A stretch of DNA of 64,000 nucleotides from Negaprion brevirostris (taxonomy: Eukaryota), in the NCBI GenBank assembly GCA_030324005.1, contig JARDVH010000097.1, positions 71,934,346 through 71,998,345 of the forward strand. Reading direction: 5' to 3'. Positions 10,294 to 21,438 of the stretch are shown in pieces. Under the pieces are notes generated by a model. That model did not search any database, was not told where the DNA came from, and saw nothing but the letters and a program-made list of their open reading frames with translations. Each line of letters begins with the position of its first letter. Positions within the stretch are counted from its first letter, which is position 1. The translations under genes were made by a program, and so were the position numbers.

Positions 10294-11420
10294 AACATAG
10301 CTTGATGGTGCCAGAGGAACGTCTTTGTCTTTGTCCTTCTCTGTTGACTCCCACAAGCTAAAGACACTTCCTGCTGAGGTCTGACATTTCAGAATCTTAC
10401 AATTTTCCCAGCTGAACTGTGGCAAATAGTTTTTAACTCATGGCTACAAACTCAATCCATCAGTCGGCCTGCGTTCTTCGCAGACAGCAACTACATCCAA
10501 GTGAATATATGCTCCAGTTTAAGCAGCGGTCTTATTTCTACCACTCGTGATTTACTATTTGCTTTTTTTTGTATGAAACATTTGGCACCTTGTTTAAAGT
10601 TCTTGGAGGAATGTTTACGACTGCAAAGGTGGCAATGCAGAACTCTTGTCAAAACGTCACTGTGCTCAAACTGCTAAAGGGTCTCTGAAGATAAATGACG
10701 AGAGAGATCCATGGTTCAGACAGCAACTGGTGCAATAAAGCTTTCTTTGTGGCTGGCTCTTACATGTGGATTTGAACCATTAACAACTGTAGCCATAGAC
10801 ACTGTCTGCGGAAGATTGTGGGAGGTGGGATTCAACAAAAATGATTTTAATTCATTAGGTATCCAACTATAAATCTTTGTTATTAAAGCTTTAGAAGATG
10901 CAGTTGTACACTTTAATGTGTTTTTTTTTAGAAAATTGCCACTGTACATAGCGGAGAATGATTTTTTTTAAGTATTAATAATTATAAATGAAGATGGTAG
11001 CCATTTACATTGTGTTCCACCTCTGCCATTGTATCACGAAGGTGTGTCAACAAAAAACTGTTACTATAACCGATGTGTTTATCATTCTCCTTGCTGAGGG
11101 AAGTTAGATTGGGTCTAGCCGATAGTGCACAAAATATTGGAACAATGTGGAGGTGGAATTGAATGATTTCAGTTTCTACGTGTTGATGTATGCTATGAGT
11201 GACCAGAAGGTATGTTTGCTCATCAAACAATGTTCCATTTCTTGTCAGTGTTTGATAACTTTCAGTTGGAGAGACTGTGACGATAATAAAGGTTCAACTT
11301 TGGTGCTGATATACAGTTTATTAAAAAAAGTTGGTTAACAGCACATCTGAGGAGAGTAGATTGCAAGATATCTTTTAACTCATGGCTATAAACTCAATAA
11401 ACTACAGGAAACCACATTAC
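10294..11420 (+). other. TNFRSF19: Putative TNFRSF19 3' UTR with candidate poly(A) signals
   Basis: AATAAA at 10734, 11285 and 11396; U-rich runs; no recognisable TE. The true cleavage site cannot be determined from sequence. Confidence 0.55.
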
Positions 11421-11724
11421 TGCAGTTCTGTCTTCTTGTGCGTCATTGAAGTAACATTATTTCCTAAACAATGAGTTCATATCGCCCTGTTATCTCATAT
11501 AAGCAGCTCGGATTTATATTCATTCCGAATGATCACTCACTGCCTCAATGGCCAAATTTGGTAGAACATTTTATCATCAATGGTGCCAAAAGAAGTATTT
11601 TTTAAAATGTAGGCTTAGGTAATTGAAACATGTAGGAGTCCCATGATATAATCAGATGCTTTGGATATGCAACCTTACAATTAGAATTCCATTAGAGATA
11701 GACAGTGGTGAAAGGAAGAAAGGC

Positions 11725-12375
11725 ATTTTAATATTGTCTAAGGAGATCACAGCTACATCGCTGATTAATAATTTGAAGCCAGTTGCTGTTGTTGACTAGG
11801 CAAATGCAACAACCAGTTTGCAAGCTGCAAATTTCCACAAACAGAAAGTGGTAAAGTGACCGGTTCAATCTGTTTGGCAGAGATATGAATACTAGGTCAG
11901 AGAATTCTCCTGCTTTTTCTACCATGGTATCCAAATATAGAGGCAGATGGAGCTATGGATTTCACACCCCAGTACTTCAAACACTGTGACACTACCTTGG
12001 CACTACACTGAAAAGTTAGTCTACAAGGAGACAATGGTCTTGTAGTATTATCAGTTCTAGGTGCCCGGATTCGAATCCCACCAAAGCAGATGGTGGAATT
12101 TGAATTCAATAAAGAATATCTGGAATTAAAAGCCTAATGATGACCACAAAAACATTGCCATTTGTCGTAAAACTGGTTAACTTCCTTAAGGGAAGGAAAT
12201 CTGCTGTCCTTACCATGTCAGGCCTACATGTGACTCCAGAGCCACAGCAATGTGATTGACTCTCAACTGCCCTCAGGCAATGAGAGATGGGCAATAAATA
12301 CTGGCCAGTCAGGGGCACCCAAGCCCTGGTGTGAGTGAAGTTTGAATCATGGGGACAAGAAAGCTGTCACTGCCT
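11725..12375 (-). mobile_element. Deu-domain SINE (SacSINE1/AmnSINE1-like), interrupted at 12026-12340
   Basis: aaatgcaacaaccagtttgcaagctgcaaatttccacaaacag...cactacactgaaaagttagtcta. Related copies at 52220 and 61190. Confidence 0.6.
12026..12340 (+). mobile_element. SINE-B (tRNA head + LINE-B 5' UTR + LINE-B tail)
   Basis: B box gattcgaatccc; body agggaaggaaatctgc...gactctcaactgccctc; tail gatgggcaataaatactggcc. Confidence 0.85.
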
Positions 12376-12387
12376 AACAGACAATAA

Positions 12388-12650
12388 ACAAGAATATTGA
12401 AATCTGAAACTAGAACTGAGGATGCTGGAAAAACTCAGCAGGTCTGGCAGCTTCTATTAAGAGAAAAACAGTTAATGTTTCAAGTCCTTAGACCCTTTGT
12501 CAGAACTGAAGAGAAGGAGAGTGTGTTAGAGCTGTAGCAATTATGACAAAATGTAGCAATTTCTAAGAACAAAAGGCCCATTATTGGAGGCGGGAGAGGT
12601 AGCATAGAGACAATACATGGTATGAGATATTTTTAAAATGGGGCTTAAGA
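12388..12650. mobile_element. Penelope-like terminal fragment; hammerhead-like motif at 12469-12508 on -
   Basis: Minus strand reads cagtt-ctgacaa-agggtc(taag)gactt-gaaa-ca-tt-aactg. Confidence 0.7.
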
Positions 12651-12834
12651 TGAAGGAGTGTAGTAAATACAATAATTGATGACCACCACTTAGCTGACAA
12701 GGTTTATTACAATTTAAAACTATGTACAGAGTGCTCCAATTGATCTGTTCAATCTCAGCTTTAGGATCAACCTGGCTGCAAAAGCCTGCGCTCTTGTCTC
12801 TTTATTCATTCCCCATTGGGCAATCAGGTCACAA

Positions 12835-14605
12835 GAGAAAAGACTGACAAAGAATTTAGGTTCTTACAGTCAGAAACAGGAGACGGGAGAATTCGTAATG
12901 GGAAATAAAGAAATGGCTAAGGAATTAAATTTGTACTTTGCCTCAGTCTTCACAAAGGAAGACATGAATAATGTGCCACAAGTGCTGAGAGAAACATATT
13001 TTAGTGAGAAGTTGAAGGAAATCAGCATTTGGGAAATTGATGGGTTTGAAGGTAGATAAATCTCCAGGTCCTGATAAACTTCATCCCAGAGTACTTAAGG
13101 AAGTGGCCCTGGAAATTGTAGACCCATTGGTCGTTATTTTCCAAAATTTTTTGGACTCTGGAATAGTTCCTACAGAATGGAGGTTGGCTAATGTAAACCC
13201 GCTATTCAAAAAGGGAGGGAACAATAGACCAGTGAGCCTAATGTCAGTACTGGGGAAATTGCTTATTATCAAGGATTTCATAACACGGCATTTGGAAAGC
13301 AGTGGTAAAATCAGATAAAATCAGCATGGATTTACAAAAGGGAAGTCACGCTTAACGAATCTATTGGAACTTTCTAAGGATGTAACTAGTAGAATTGACC
13401 AAGGTGAACAAGTGCATGTGGTTTATTTGGACTTTCCGAAGACTTTCAACCAGGTCTCATGTAACAGATTACCATGTATAGTTAAAGCACATGGGATTGC
13501 AGGTAATGTCGTGAGATGGATAGAAAGCTGGTTAGCAGATAGGAAGCAAAGAATTGACAGAAATGGGTCTTTTTTTGACAGGCAGTCAGTGACTAGTGGA
13601 GTTCTGCAGGGATATGTGCTAGGACCCTAGCTGTTCACATTATTGGAAGAGGGAACTGAATGTATTATCTCCAAATTTGCAAATGATACAAAGTTGGGTG
13701 GGGGAGTGAGCTGTGATAAGGATGCAGAGATGCTTCAGTGTGATTTGGGCAGGTTACATATGTGGCCATCTGCATGGTAGATGCAGTATAATGTGAACAA
13801 ATGTAACGTTATTCACATTGGCGGCAATAATAGGAAGACAAATTGTTATTTGAATGGGTGTAAATTGAGGGAGGTGGACACTCAGCGAGACCTTAGAGTC
13901 CTCGTGCATCAGACACGAAAATAAACATGCAGGTACAGCAGGCAGTAAAGAAGGCATATGGCCTGTTGATCTTCATAGCGAGAGGATATGAGTATAGGGA
14001 TAGGGATTTTTTGCTGCAGTTGTATAGGGAGTAGGTGAGGCCACATCTGGAGAATTGTGTGCAGTTTACACGTCCTTATCTGAAGAAGGATGTCCTTGCT
14101 ATAGAGGGACTACAGCGAAAGTTTACCAGGCTGCTTCCTGTGATGGCAGGTCTGTCATCTGACAAGAGACTAAGTCGGTCGATTATATTCACTGGAGTTT
14201 AGTAGAGTGAGAGGGGGTCTCATAGAAACTTATAACATTCTGACAGGGGTAGACAAAGTAGATTCAAAAGAATGTTTCCAATGGTGGGGGAGTCCAGAAC
14301 TAGGGATCACAATTTGAGGACAAGGGATAAACCTTTTGGAACTGAGGTGAGAAGAAATTTCTTCACCCAGAGGGTGGTGAATGTGTGGAATTCACCACCA
14401 TGGAAAGTAGCTGAGGCCAAGATGTTGTCTGATTTCAAGAAAAAAATTCGATATAACTCCTGGAGCTAAAGGGATCAAGGCATATGAGGGCAAGGGGGGA
14501 ATCAGGATATTGGATTTAATAATCAGCCATAATCAAAATGAATTGTGGATCAGGCTCAAAGGGCTGAATGGCCTATTCCTCCTTCTAGTTTCTACATTTC
14601 TATGT
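12835..14605 (+). mobile_element. CR1 LINE, 5'-truncated (RT to 3' tail)
   Basis: KSPGPDKLHPRVLKE, VVYLDF.K.F, SGV.QG.VLGP, SKFANDTK, RNFFTQRVVNVWN, and an (tttctatg) tail. Confidence 0.92.
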
Positions 14606-15340
14606 AACCCTGAAAGGTTATGTCTTCATTGAGTTGGTGGAGCTTAAGAAGGTTCTCTGGTTCCAATTGGTCAGTGTGTTTGCTGGGAAAGAGGGGTGGT
14701 TGCAGTTTGGGCCTTGTGTGGTGTGCAGCTCACAGAGAAGCCCTGGAAGCTGTTAGCAGGCTCCTGGCAATTAGGGCTCAGAGAAGTCTTGGGGAGCTGA
14801 GAAGGTGATGGATGGTCAATGGTTCCATGTCAGGCAGTTAGAGAAGGCCTGGAAATTATAATTAGCTCAGTGTAGGTGGGAAACTGAAATTCAAAGAAAC
14901 CCAGGGACATTGCCAGCTTTGGGAAGCCAATGGTTTGTAAATGACTTGGAATTGTGTAAGGAATTAGAGGCAGAAGTACAGCGTTGTGAATTCATGGAAT
15001 GCTGTCCCAGGAGAAAAGACTGAACCATTTGGAGGCGAGCAGCTTTAATTANNNNNNNNNNNNNNNNNNNNNNNNNNNNNNNNNNNNNNNNNNNNNNNNN
15101 NNNNNNNNNNNNNNNNNNNNNNNNNNNNNNNNNNNNNNNNNNNNNNNNNNNCCACAGACACTGGCCCAAATCCATGTATCTGCACAGCAAACAGTGATAG
15201 TCACTGAGCTGTCGTGGTGCCCATCTGCGGGTCCAATTGTAAGCACACGCAAACGACATGAAGTACTAGGCTACTCTTGAAATATCCAAGAGCAGCCCAT
15301 GCACAACCCACCATGTGTATGCCCCTCGTTTAGACAACAA
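14603..15340. mobile_element. Unclassified, possibly LTR-derived segment spanning a gap
   Basis: Starts TGTAAC and ends ACAACA, wedged between two CR1 copies. No clear protein match, and the two halves may be unrelated. Confidence 0.3.
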
Positions 15341-15364
15341 GGTGGACTGTAGGGTAATTAAGGG

Positions 15365-16570
15365 TAATTATGCTTCACAAATCTATTGGAATTTCTTGAG
15401 GAAGTAACGAGTAGAGTTGACCGAGGAGAATCAGTGGATGTGGTTTATTTAGACTATCAGAAGGCTTTTGACAAAGTCTCACATAACAGGCTACTATGAA
15501 AAGTTAAAGCAATGGGATTGCAGGCAATGTCTTGACATAGAAAGAAAAGGTTGGCACAAATTAGTCTTTTTCTGATTGGCAGTCAGTGACTAGTAGAGTT
15601 CCGCAGGGACCTGTGCCAGGACCTCAACTGTTCATGTTATATATTAATAATTTGGATGAGGGAACTGAATGTATTATCTCCAAATCTGCAGATGATACAA
15701 AGTTGGTCAGGAGGGTGAGCTATGAGGAGGATGCAGAGATGCTTCAGCATGATTTGGACAGTTGTGTATGTGGTCATATGCCTGGCAGATGCAGTATAAT
15801 GTGGATAAATGTGAGATTACCCACTTCAGTAGCAATAGAAGGAAGAAAGATTATTACTTGAATAGGTGTAAATTGAGAGAGGTGGATACTCAACGAGACC
15901 TTGGAGTCCCCGTGCATCAGTCGCTGAAAATAAGCTTGCAGATACAGTAGGCAGTAAAAAAAGGCTTGGCCTTCATTGCAAGATTTGAGTATAGGAATAA
16001 GAGATGTTTTGTTGCAATTGTATAAGGTGTTGGTGAGGCCACACTGGAGTATTATGTGCAGTTTTGGTGTCCTTATCTGAGGAAGAATGTCCTTGCTATA
16101 GAGGAACTACAGCAAAAGATTACCAGGCTAATTCCTTGGATGGCAGGTCTATCATATGAGGCGAGACAAAATCTATTAGGATTATATTCACTGGAGTTTA
16201 GAGGAGTGAGAGGGGATCTGATAGAACTTCTAAAATTTTAACAGGGTTAGAATGTTTCCAATAGTGGGAGAGTCCAGAACTTAGGGTCATAGTTTGAGGA
16301 TAAGGGGTAAACCTTTCAGAACTGAGGGGAGGAGAGATTTCACCCAGAGTGTGGTGAATGTGGAATTCACCACCACAGAATGTAGTTAAGGCCAAAATGT
16401 TTGGTTTCAAGAAGGAATTAGTTACAGCTCTTGGGACTAAAGGGGTCAAACAATATTGGAGAAAAAGAGATCAGGATATTGAATTTGATGATCAGCCATG
16501 ATCAAAATGAATGGTGGGGCAGGCTCAAAGAGCCAAATGGCCTACTCCTGCTTCTAGTTTCTATGTTTCA
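15365..16570 (+). mobile_element. CR1 LINE, 5'-truncated, similar subfamily to 12835-14605
   Basis: VPQG.V.GPQLF, SKSADDTK, QFWCPYLRK; tail ctagtttctatgtttc. Confidence 0.92.
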
Positions 16571-17366
16571 ATGCTTCCAATGCGAACCCCTTATAGAGGC
16601 TAGATACTATATCTCTTCCCCTTTAAATCCCTTATTACAAAATACACTGATAACTTATACAGCTTTTAAAACATTAGCAATAATGAACATTTTTAACATA
16701 GTTTATCTGAAATTCAGTCTGTCAGGAGATGTTCTCTGGGTGCAATATAATTCAATTGATGGGGATTTGGCTGTAGTGGTAGCCCCAGTTGGACTTTCTT
16801 CACTCTGATTCTTTCCCGGTACCAGCTCATCACTTTCCACTATTCCCTCAGTATCATTGGGAGCAGCACTTTGGCTTGATATTGGCTGATCAGCTACTTC
16901 ACTCCTTGGACAAGTAACACACTACTTTGTGGCACAGTTGGTCAAAGCAGTAACGCTGGATCTTGGGATGTGTGAGGAGCATCCTCGGATGTTAAAACGT
17001 CAGATCAAGTTGTACGTCTGGGTCCCACATGCAGTCAGCAACATAAGTTCCTTCTTATCCTCCCCCTCTATTTCATTAGCAAGGAACAAATGTTCCACAT
17101 TCTGTGTCCGGTCCTCTGTAGCAACATCAAAAATTTTTAATTTTTTGAAGACAGGTATGTCTTTTTTATCTTCTTTTGTACGCCAGACTCAATGAGACTT
17201 GTACCATAATGTTTGCAAATGAACTTTCCTTTGAATTGTCCACTGTATTCTGAGTTGCTGTCATTTTCCTCTTCGCCAATGTAATAAATGCAATAATCAG
17301 TTAGCTGACAAATGACAATGGGTTTATTACTAGTTACAACTATATACAGAGTGCTCCCATCGATGA

Positions 17367-17489
17367 GGGGGTTTTTACGGCCTCGTTTAACTCAAGGCCA
17401 AAAAATCACACCCAATGTCAATTGGCATTTTCATTGCCTGCCCCTCACCCCTCCGATTCTGTGGTGGGCCGGGTGGTAGAATTTCAGCG
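17367..17489 (-). mobile_element. MITE inserted in the Gypsy 5' LTR
   Basis: Reverse complement of the 7462-7586 family; absent from the sister LTR at ~12740. Confidence 0.75.
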
Positions 17490-18931
17490 GACATGTTCAT
17501 TCCCAGCCCCAGGATCAATCTAGCTGCAAAAGCCTGCTCTCTGCCCCAAGATCCTTACACGCATTCCCCTTTGGATGATCAGGTCATATGATCCTTCCAA
17601 CACATGCCAGTTAAAGGGACTAGCTTCTACATGGAAAAAGGTCAAAATCTAAAATTGACTCTTAATAATGATGAAGTTGTAATGAACATTGAACAGTTAT
17701 TCAGCTATTGCATTTCAGATAATTTATTTGAAAATATCAACATTATCACAAATTGTTTGCTCCCTTTGGGTACCCTTGCAATCCTACCAGAGTTGCCCAT
17801 ATCTAACTTGTAGAGTATTTGTTTTTTTCAAAGTGGTGTGCAAATTTCTGTCATTGCGGGCACAGCCTGCCAGAGTGAACAACATGAAGGTGCTTTCCAA
17901 GTCAAATATTATGATTTATTTTCAGTTTGTGCTTAGCCTTTCCACCCCTGGCACCAAATGGAGAATTCATTTTCAGTCCCTCAGTATGGTCCGATATTGG
18001 TACATTGTGCTGTGCTCCTTTTGAAAATGTCATGGGCTTTATGGTCTTACCATCTCTGTGCTCGAGTGTGTATGTGTGGATGTCAAAAGGAGCAGACATG
18101 ACTCCCATGGTCAAATAGGTTGTGGCCACTCACTGTACAGGCTTAGTTGTAGTGAATGACCATTCACTTAAAACCAAATCAGCGGTTTCAGTCAATCAGG
18201 AGACAAATTTAAAGATAGCTATGGAAAGGCAATAGCAGAGTCTTCACCTGCGCTGTCAGGTGAAAATACCTTGCTATATATGGAAAACCTATGCTTTTGA
18301 ATCCTTATGAAGGTTGTAGATTGCTGCAGTGCTGTAGCTGAATGTCCCCAGCTGCTGAATATAGCCTACAACTCAGCAGATTTGGTAAATATGTACACAC
18401 TGCTGCTTCAAAGCTTTCCTTTAGATAATCATTGGCAAAGGATCAGTGAACTGCCTTTTTAGCCACGGCTAGGAAATTTATCAGTGTCAGGAAAATGTAC
18501 TGCTCGTCTGAATCACAGTGTGAATGAGGGGACAGGGGACATGGAGGGTGGGGAGAAGAGAAAGCATCATCCACCAGTTCCAAAGCTTTCAAAATAATGC
18601 AACAGAATTTGCTGCAAAGCACAAAATGGTGGATTCATGGCCAAATGTACCTCGGATTCCACTGTGCACTGCAGTGTGGAATGAACCACTTCACTAGGAG
18701 AACGTGTTGAGGAATAATAAAAGCTATAAGCTTTAGGTTTAGACTGAGCCCTCTTAAATTGCCAGGCAGTCAATAATTTGTGCAAATCGTTGCATATTTG
18801 TTAAATTATTGAAGAAAGGCTCCAAAGGAATATAAGGATTATCTACAATCTGTGAGATCCAGCAATGTGAGATCTGAAACTCCACCAATTATTAACATCT
18901 AAAACCATTTTGCATTCCCTGTTCAATGCTC

Positions 18932-19276
18932 AAGTGATTACTCTGTATTCTAGTGATGAGTGATTACTCTGTATTTAAGATTGAGTGATCACTCTATATT
19001 TTAGTGTTCAGGGTTTACACTGTATTCTAGTGATGAGTAATTACTCTGCACTTTAATGATTGAGTGATTATTCTGTATTTTAGTGCAAGGTGTGGAGTTG
19101 CCGGTGTTGTACTGGGGTGGGCACAGTAAGTAGTCATACAACACCAGGTTAAAGTCCAACAGGTAGCACAAGCTTTCAGAGTACTGCTCCTTCATCGGGT
19201 GAGTGCACTGTATTTTAGTGACTGAGTAATTACTCTGTATTTAATGATTGAGCCATTAGTCTTCATTTTAATGATT
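18932..19276. repeat. Degenerate 25-26 bp minisatellite (~9 units)
   Basis: Unit gagt(g/a)attactctgtattc/t followed by tagtgat or taatgatt. Interrupted at 19091-19206. Confidence 0.8.
19091..19206. mobile_element. Second Penelope-like terminus family; hammerhead-like motif at 19167-19201 on -
   Basis: gttgccggtgttgtactggggtggg...acaccaggttaaagtccaacagg. Minus strand reads cac-ccgatga-aggagc(agt)actct-gaaa-gc-tt-gtg. Confidence 0.65.
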
Positions 19277-19277
19277 A

Positions 19278-19712
19278 TGGAGAGGGGATCTGACTGAGGT
19301 ATATAAAATTTTAAAAGGACTTGTTAAAGTAAATGTAGATTAAATATTGCCCATGCCAACGTATGCCCACATTCACCCCCTCTATTCTTGTATGACCCCA
19401 TCCCATGATATGGCCCCCAACCAACCCTATTTCCCCCCCATGCTTCTTATGGAGCAATCTTGACTGAGAGATCACTGGTTCAGGTTGAGAGGCGGTAGAT
19501 TTAAAACTGAGATCAGGAGGAGCTACTTCTCACAGAGGGTGGTGAATAGCTCCAAGAAAGAGACAAACATATTTCTGATTTTAAAAAAGGGATAAAGTGA
19601 TATGGTGGGGAGGTGGATTTGAGACCAGGGAGAGATCAGCCATGATCTGATTGAATGGCGGAGTGGACACGGAGGGCTGATGCCTATTTCTGCTCTTAAC
19701 GCCTATGTTCCA
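19278..19712 (+). mobile_element. CR1 3' fragment with a C-rich insert
   Basis: RGDLTEVYKILKG...YFSQRVVN motif and atcagccatgatct...gaatggcgg tail. Confidence 0.8.
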
Positions 19713-19759
19713 AAATATTCCCACTTGTCACATTCTCTTTAGAATAAAATGCTGATAAG

Positions 19760-20680
19760 TGCAGGATTTTCACTGAGGGGAGTTGTGGATGCATACTGTA
19801 GTCTGGCCAGGACTGTTTAGAAGGCCTGCCTTGCTGTTGTGTAGCATGTCCCAGTTATAAACAGAACAGAAAGNNNNNNNNNNNNNNNNNNNNNNNNNNN
19901 NNNNNNNNNNNNNNNNNNNNNNNNNNNNNNNNNNNNNNNNNNNNNNNNNNNNNNNNNNNNNNNNNNNNNNNNNNNNNNNNNNNNNNNNNNNNNNNNNNNN
20001 NNNNNNNNNNNNNNNNNNNNNNNNNNNNNNNNNNNNNNCCCCCAGCCAATACCTAATCCCCCCATGCCAAGCTATGGCACTTACATGTCTATTGGCCCAC
20101 CAAACACTATAAAGAATCAATGAACACTACCGTGACATTAGGATACGTTACGAAAAAAGACATTCATTGATAAACTTCCACTTCCTTAAAAAACTCTTCC
20201 TTGCAGCCCGAGAAGAGTGCCAATTATCCATACCCTTTAAAGTATCAATAGCAGAAGCTGCAAACACTTGACACTTCTTTATCTTATGTAAATAAACATT
20301 GTGAAATTGACAGCATAGATCAGAGAACCAGAGCTGTCAATTAACTAAGCTTTCCTTGGGGCTCAGGTGTTTCCCCGGGCTAATTGATTTTTGGGCTCTC
20401 AGCCAACATTACATAATAAAGCTTAGCATGGGGAATAAGGCGGACCTTTTAAATTAACTTTAAAAAGGTTCCCTCGTTACACCATTGAGATTATAATAGG
20501 AATCACCAGAGTCCATTCTCGTCATGTCAGGAATGCTGTTCAGGACTGGTAACTCGAACAGATTCCTACTCCCTCAGCCAGGATAAGGAGTTCAATTGGA
20601 GTTCTACTGCTAACCTGTGAGATAATATCTATAAATTCACTGGGAACCAGGGATCAGCCCAGTGCGTTCCCCTATAACCA
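19760..20680 (+). mobile_element. Non-autonomous DNA transposon-like element (C-rich family)
   Basis: aataaacattgtgaaattgacagcatagatc (20291-20321) is the near-exact reverse complement of 31724-31754. Confidence 0.65.
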
Positions 20681-20684
20681 GTGT

Positions 20685-21015
20685 ATTTCTACAATGCAGA
20701 AAGATGCCATTCAGCCCATCAAGTTCCAGGAGAACATTCTACCAGGGTCTCCCCTTCACCCTATCCTCATAACCCTGTACACTTACCATGGCTAATCCAC
20801 CTAATCTACACATCTTGGGACACTATGGGACAATTTAGAACGTCCATCAAATTAACCTGCACATCTTTGGATTGTGGGAGGAAACCAGAGCACCCGGAGT
20901 AAACACATGCAGACATAGGGAGAACATACAAATCCCATACAGACAGTCACTCAAGGCTGGAATTGAACCTGGGTCCCTGGTGTTCTGAGGCAGCAGTGCT
21001 AACTAGTGTGCCATC
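20685..21015 (-). mobile_element. HE1 V-SINE
   Basis: Tail, V-core and tRNA head present. Confidence 0.85.
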
Positions 21016-21336
21016 CCTCGCGTTGTAAAGATTATTGTCATACTGGGTGCTTTATTTAACAACTGAACCATTAGGATATATGGGTCATTTTCTGACTCAA
21101 GGCCAACCAAGCACAAAGAGGTTAGCACATTAAGAGCCTCCACGTGCAGCCAATGTAGTCAATGCAGGAAACGACAACTACCCTCCAGAACGGATTGTGT
21201 GTTCCAGAATGAGAAATATTCAATATTAACCGAGTCATTATCGTAGTCACCAACTCCACTGGTTAAATGCCGTGTCGTCCAAGGATGAATGGTGAGGAGA
21301 TGAGAACAGTGGCTGAGTAGAGAGACTTAGAATGAA

Positions 21337-21438
21337 AGTAAAATACTAATGATGCTGGAGATCTAAAATAAACTCAGAAAATGGTGGGAAAACTCAAGCC
21401 AGCCTGGCAGCAGCTGTGGAGAGAGAAACAATGTTAAT
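21337..21438. mobile_element. Penelope-like terminal fragment
   Basis: gatgctggagatctaaaataaactcagaaaatg...gagagaaac; truncated by the next element. Confidence 0.6.

Larger units (their letters stand above)
12659..17631 (-). mobile_element. Internally deleted Ty3/Gypsy LTR element; 5' LTR 17631-17280, 3' LTR split into 16611-16571 and 12833-12659
   Basis: TG..CA LTRs homologous to each other; PBS tggcgaagagg right after the 5' LTR; gag remnant VEHLFLANEIEGEDKKELMLLTACGTQTYNLI; PPT ttaaaggggaagaga ~16626-16612. Confidence 0.8.

Noticed and set aside
18932-19276. CRISPR-like regular repeats
   Set aside because: The units are contiguous with no unique spacers, there are no cas genes, and the context is vertebrate.
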